From a virus (Duplodnaviria; Heunggongvirae; Uroviricota; Caudoviricetes): a stretch of DNA of 6,249 bases. How positions within the stretch are numbered: position 1 is the stretch's first letter; each line of letters opens with the position of its first letter. Both the position numbers and the translations under genes were made by a program. The notes under the pieces are model-generated. The model had not been told where the DNA came from, did no database searches, and was given only the letters and a program-made list of their open reading frames with translations. Shown piece by piece: positions 6,053 to 6,249 of this stretch. Location of the stretch: IMG/VR virus record IMGVR_UViG_2778261571_000006. One strand, given 5' to 3'.

Positions 6053-6194
6053 TTCTCAATCTCTCGATGGCGCAGTGCAGCAGATGCCAGTTGTTCAGGC
6101 TGACGTATAAAGTATAAATAAACTGGTTCCAGTGTAAAGCCCCCACCTTAATGGAATAAAAACCAAACAACAGATTGCTGGGATACAAACAACG

Positions 6195-6249
6195 GGTAAT
6201 GACTCCAACTTATTGATAGTGTTTTATGTTCAGATAATGCCCGATGACT
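6195..6249 (-). mobile_element. IS1 end (terminal inverted repeat), element continues beyond the window
   Basis: GGTAATGACTCCAACTTATTGATAGTGTTTTATGTTCAGATAATGCCCGATGAC matches the IS1 terminus including the InsB 3' end. Only this end is visible. Confidence 0.85.
6210..6249 (-). CDS. insB: IS1 transposase InsB, C-terminal codons only (partial at window edge)
   Basis: The minus strand reads …VIGHYLNIKHYQ* with the TAA stop at 6210-6212, which is the InsB C-terminus as I recall it. Confidence 0.7.
   Translation of the reverse strand, partial: VIGHYLNIKHYQ

Noticed and set aside
4805-6188. Short ORFs antisense to or overlapping the nin-region genes (4805..5026, 4985..5218, 5195..5410, 5471..5701, 5473..5742, 5764..5958, 5955..6188)
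   Set aside because: Each overlaps a longer, operon-consistent minus-strand gene and has no independent support.
1-6249. CRISPR array or other tandem repeat structure
   Set aside because: No regularly spaced direct repeats were seen. The only repeats are IS termini, the target-site duplication and isolated hairpins or palindromes.

Overview
This window is the late-control and lysis region of a defective lambdoid (phage 21-like) prophage in an enterobacterial (E. coli/Shigella-type) genome, with all prophage genes on the minus strand. Reading high to low coordinates: a partial IS1 at the right edge; a translationally coupled nin-region operon (199-aa protein, YbcO-like DUF1364 protein, Q-like antiterminator candidate); about 1 kb of AT-rich non-coding DNA with two intrinsic terminators; two tandem lipoprotein genes whose C-terminal domains resemble TolA domain III; then a pinholin, a SAR endolysin split by a complete IS2 with a 5-bp target-site duplication, and a truncated Rz/Rz1 spanin pair. 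The lysis cassette is therefore inactivated twice, while the lipoprotein pair is intact and looks like a self-contained accessory (moron) insertion. That pair is the most interesting candidate for an uncharacterised function. All homology statements come from reading the translations and recalling reference proteins; no database search was run.
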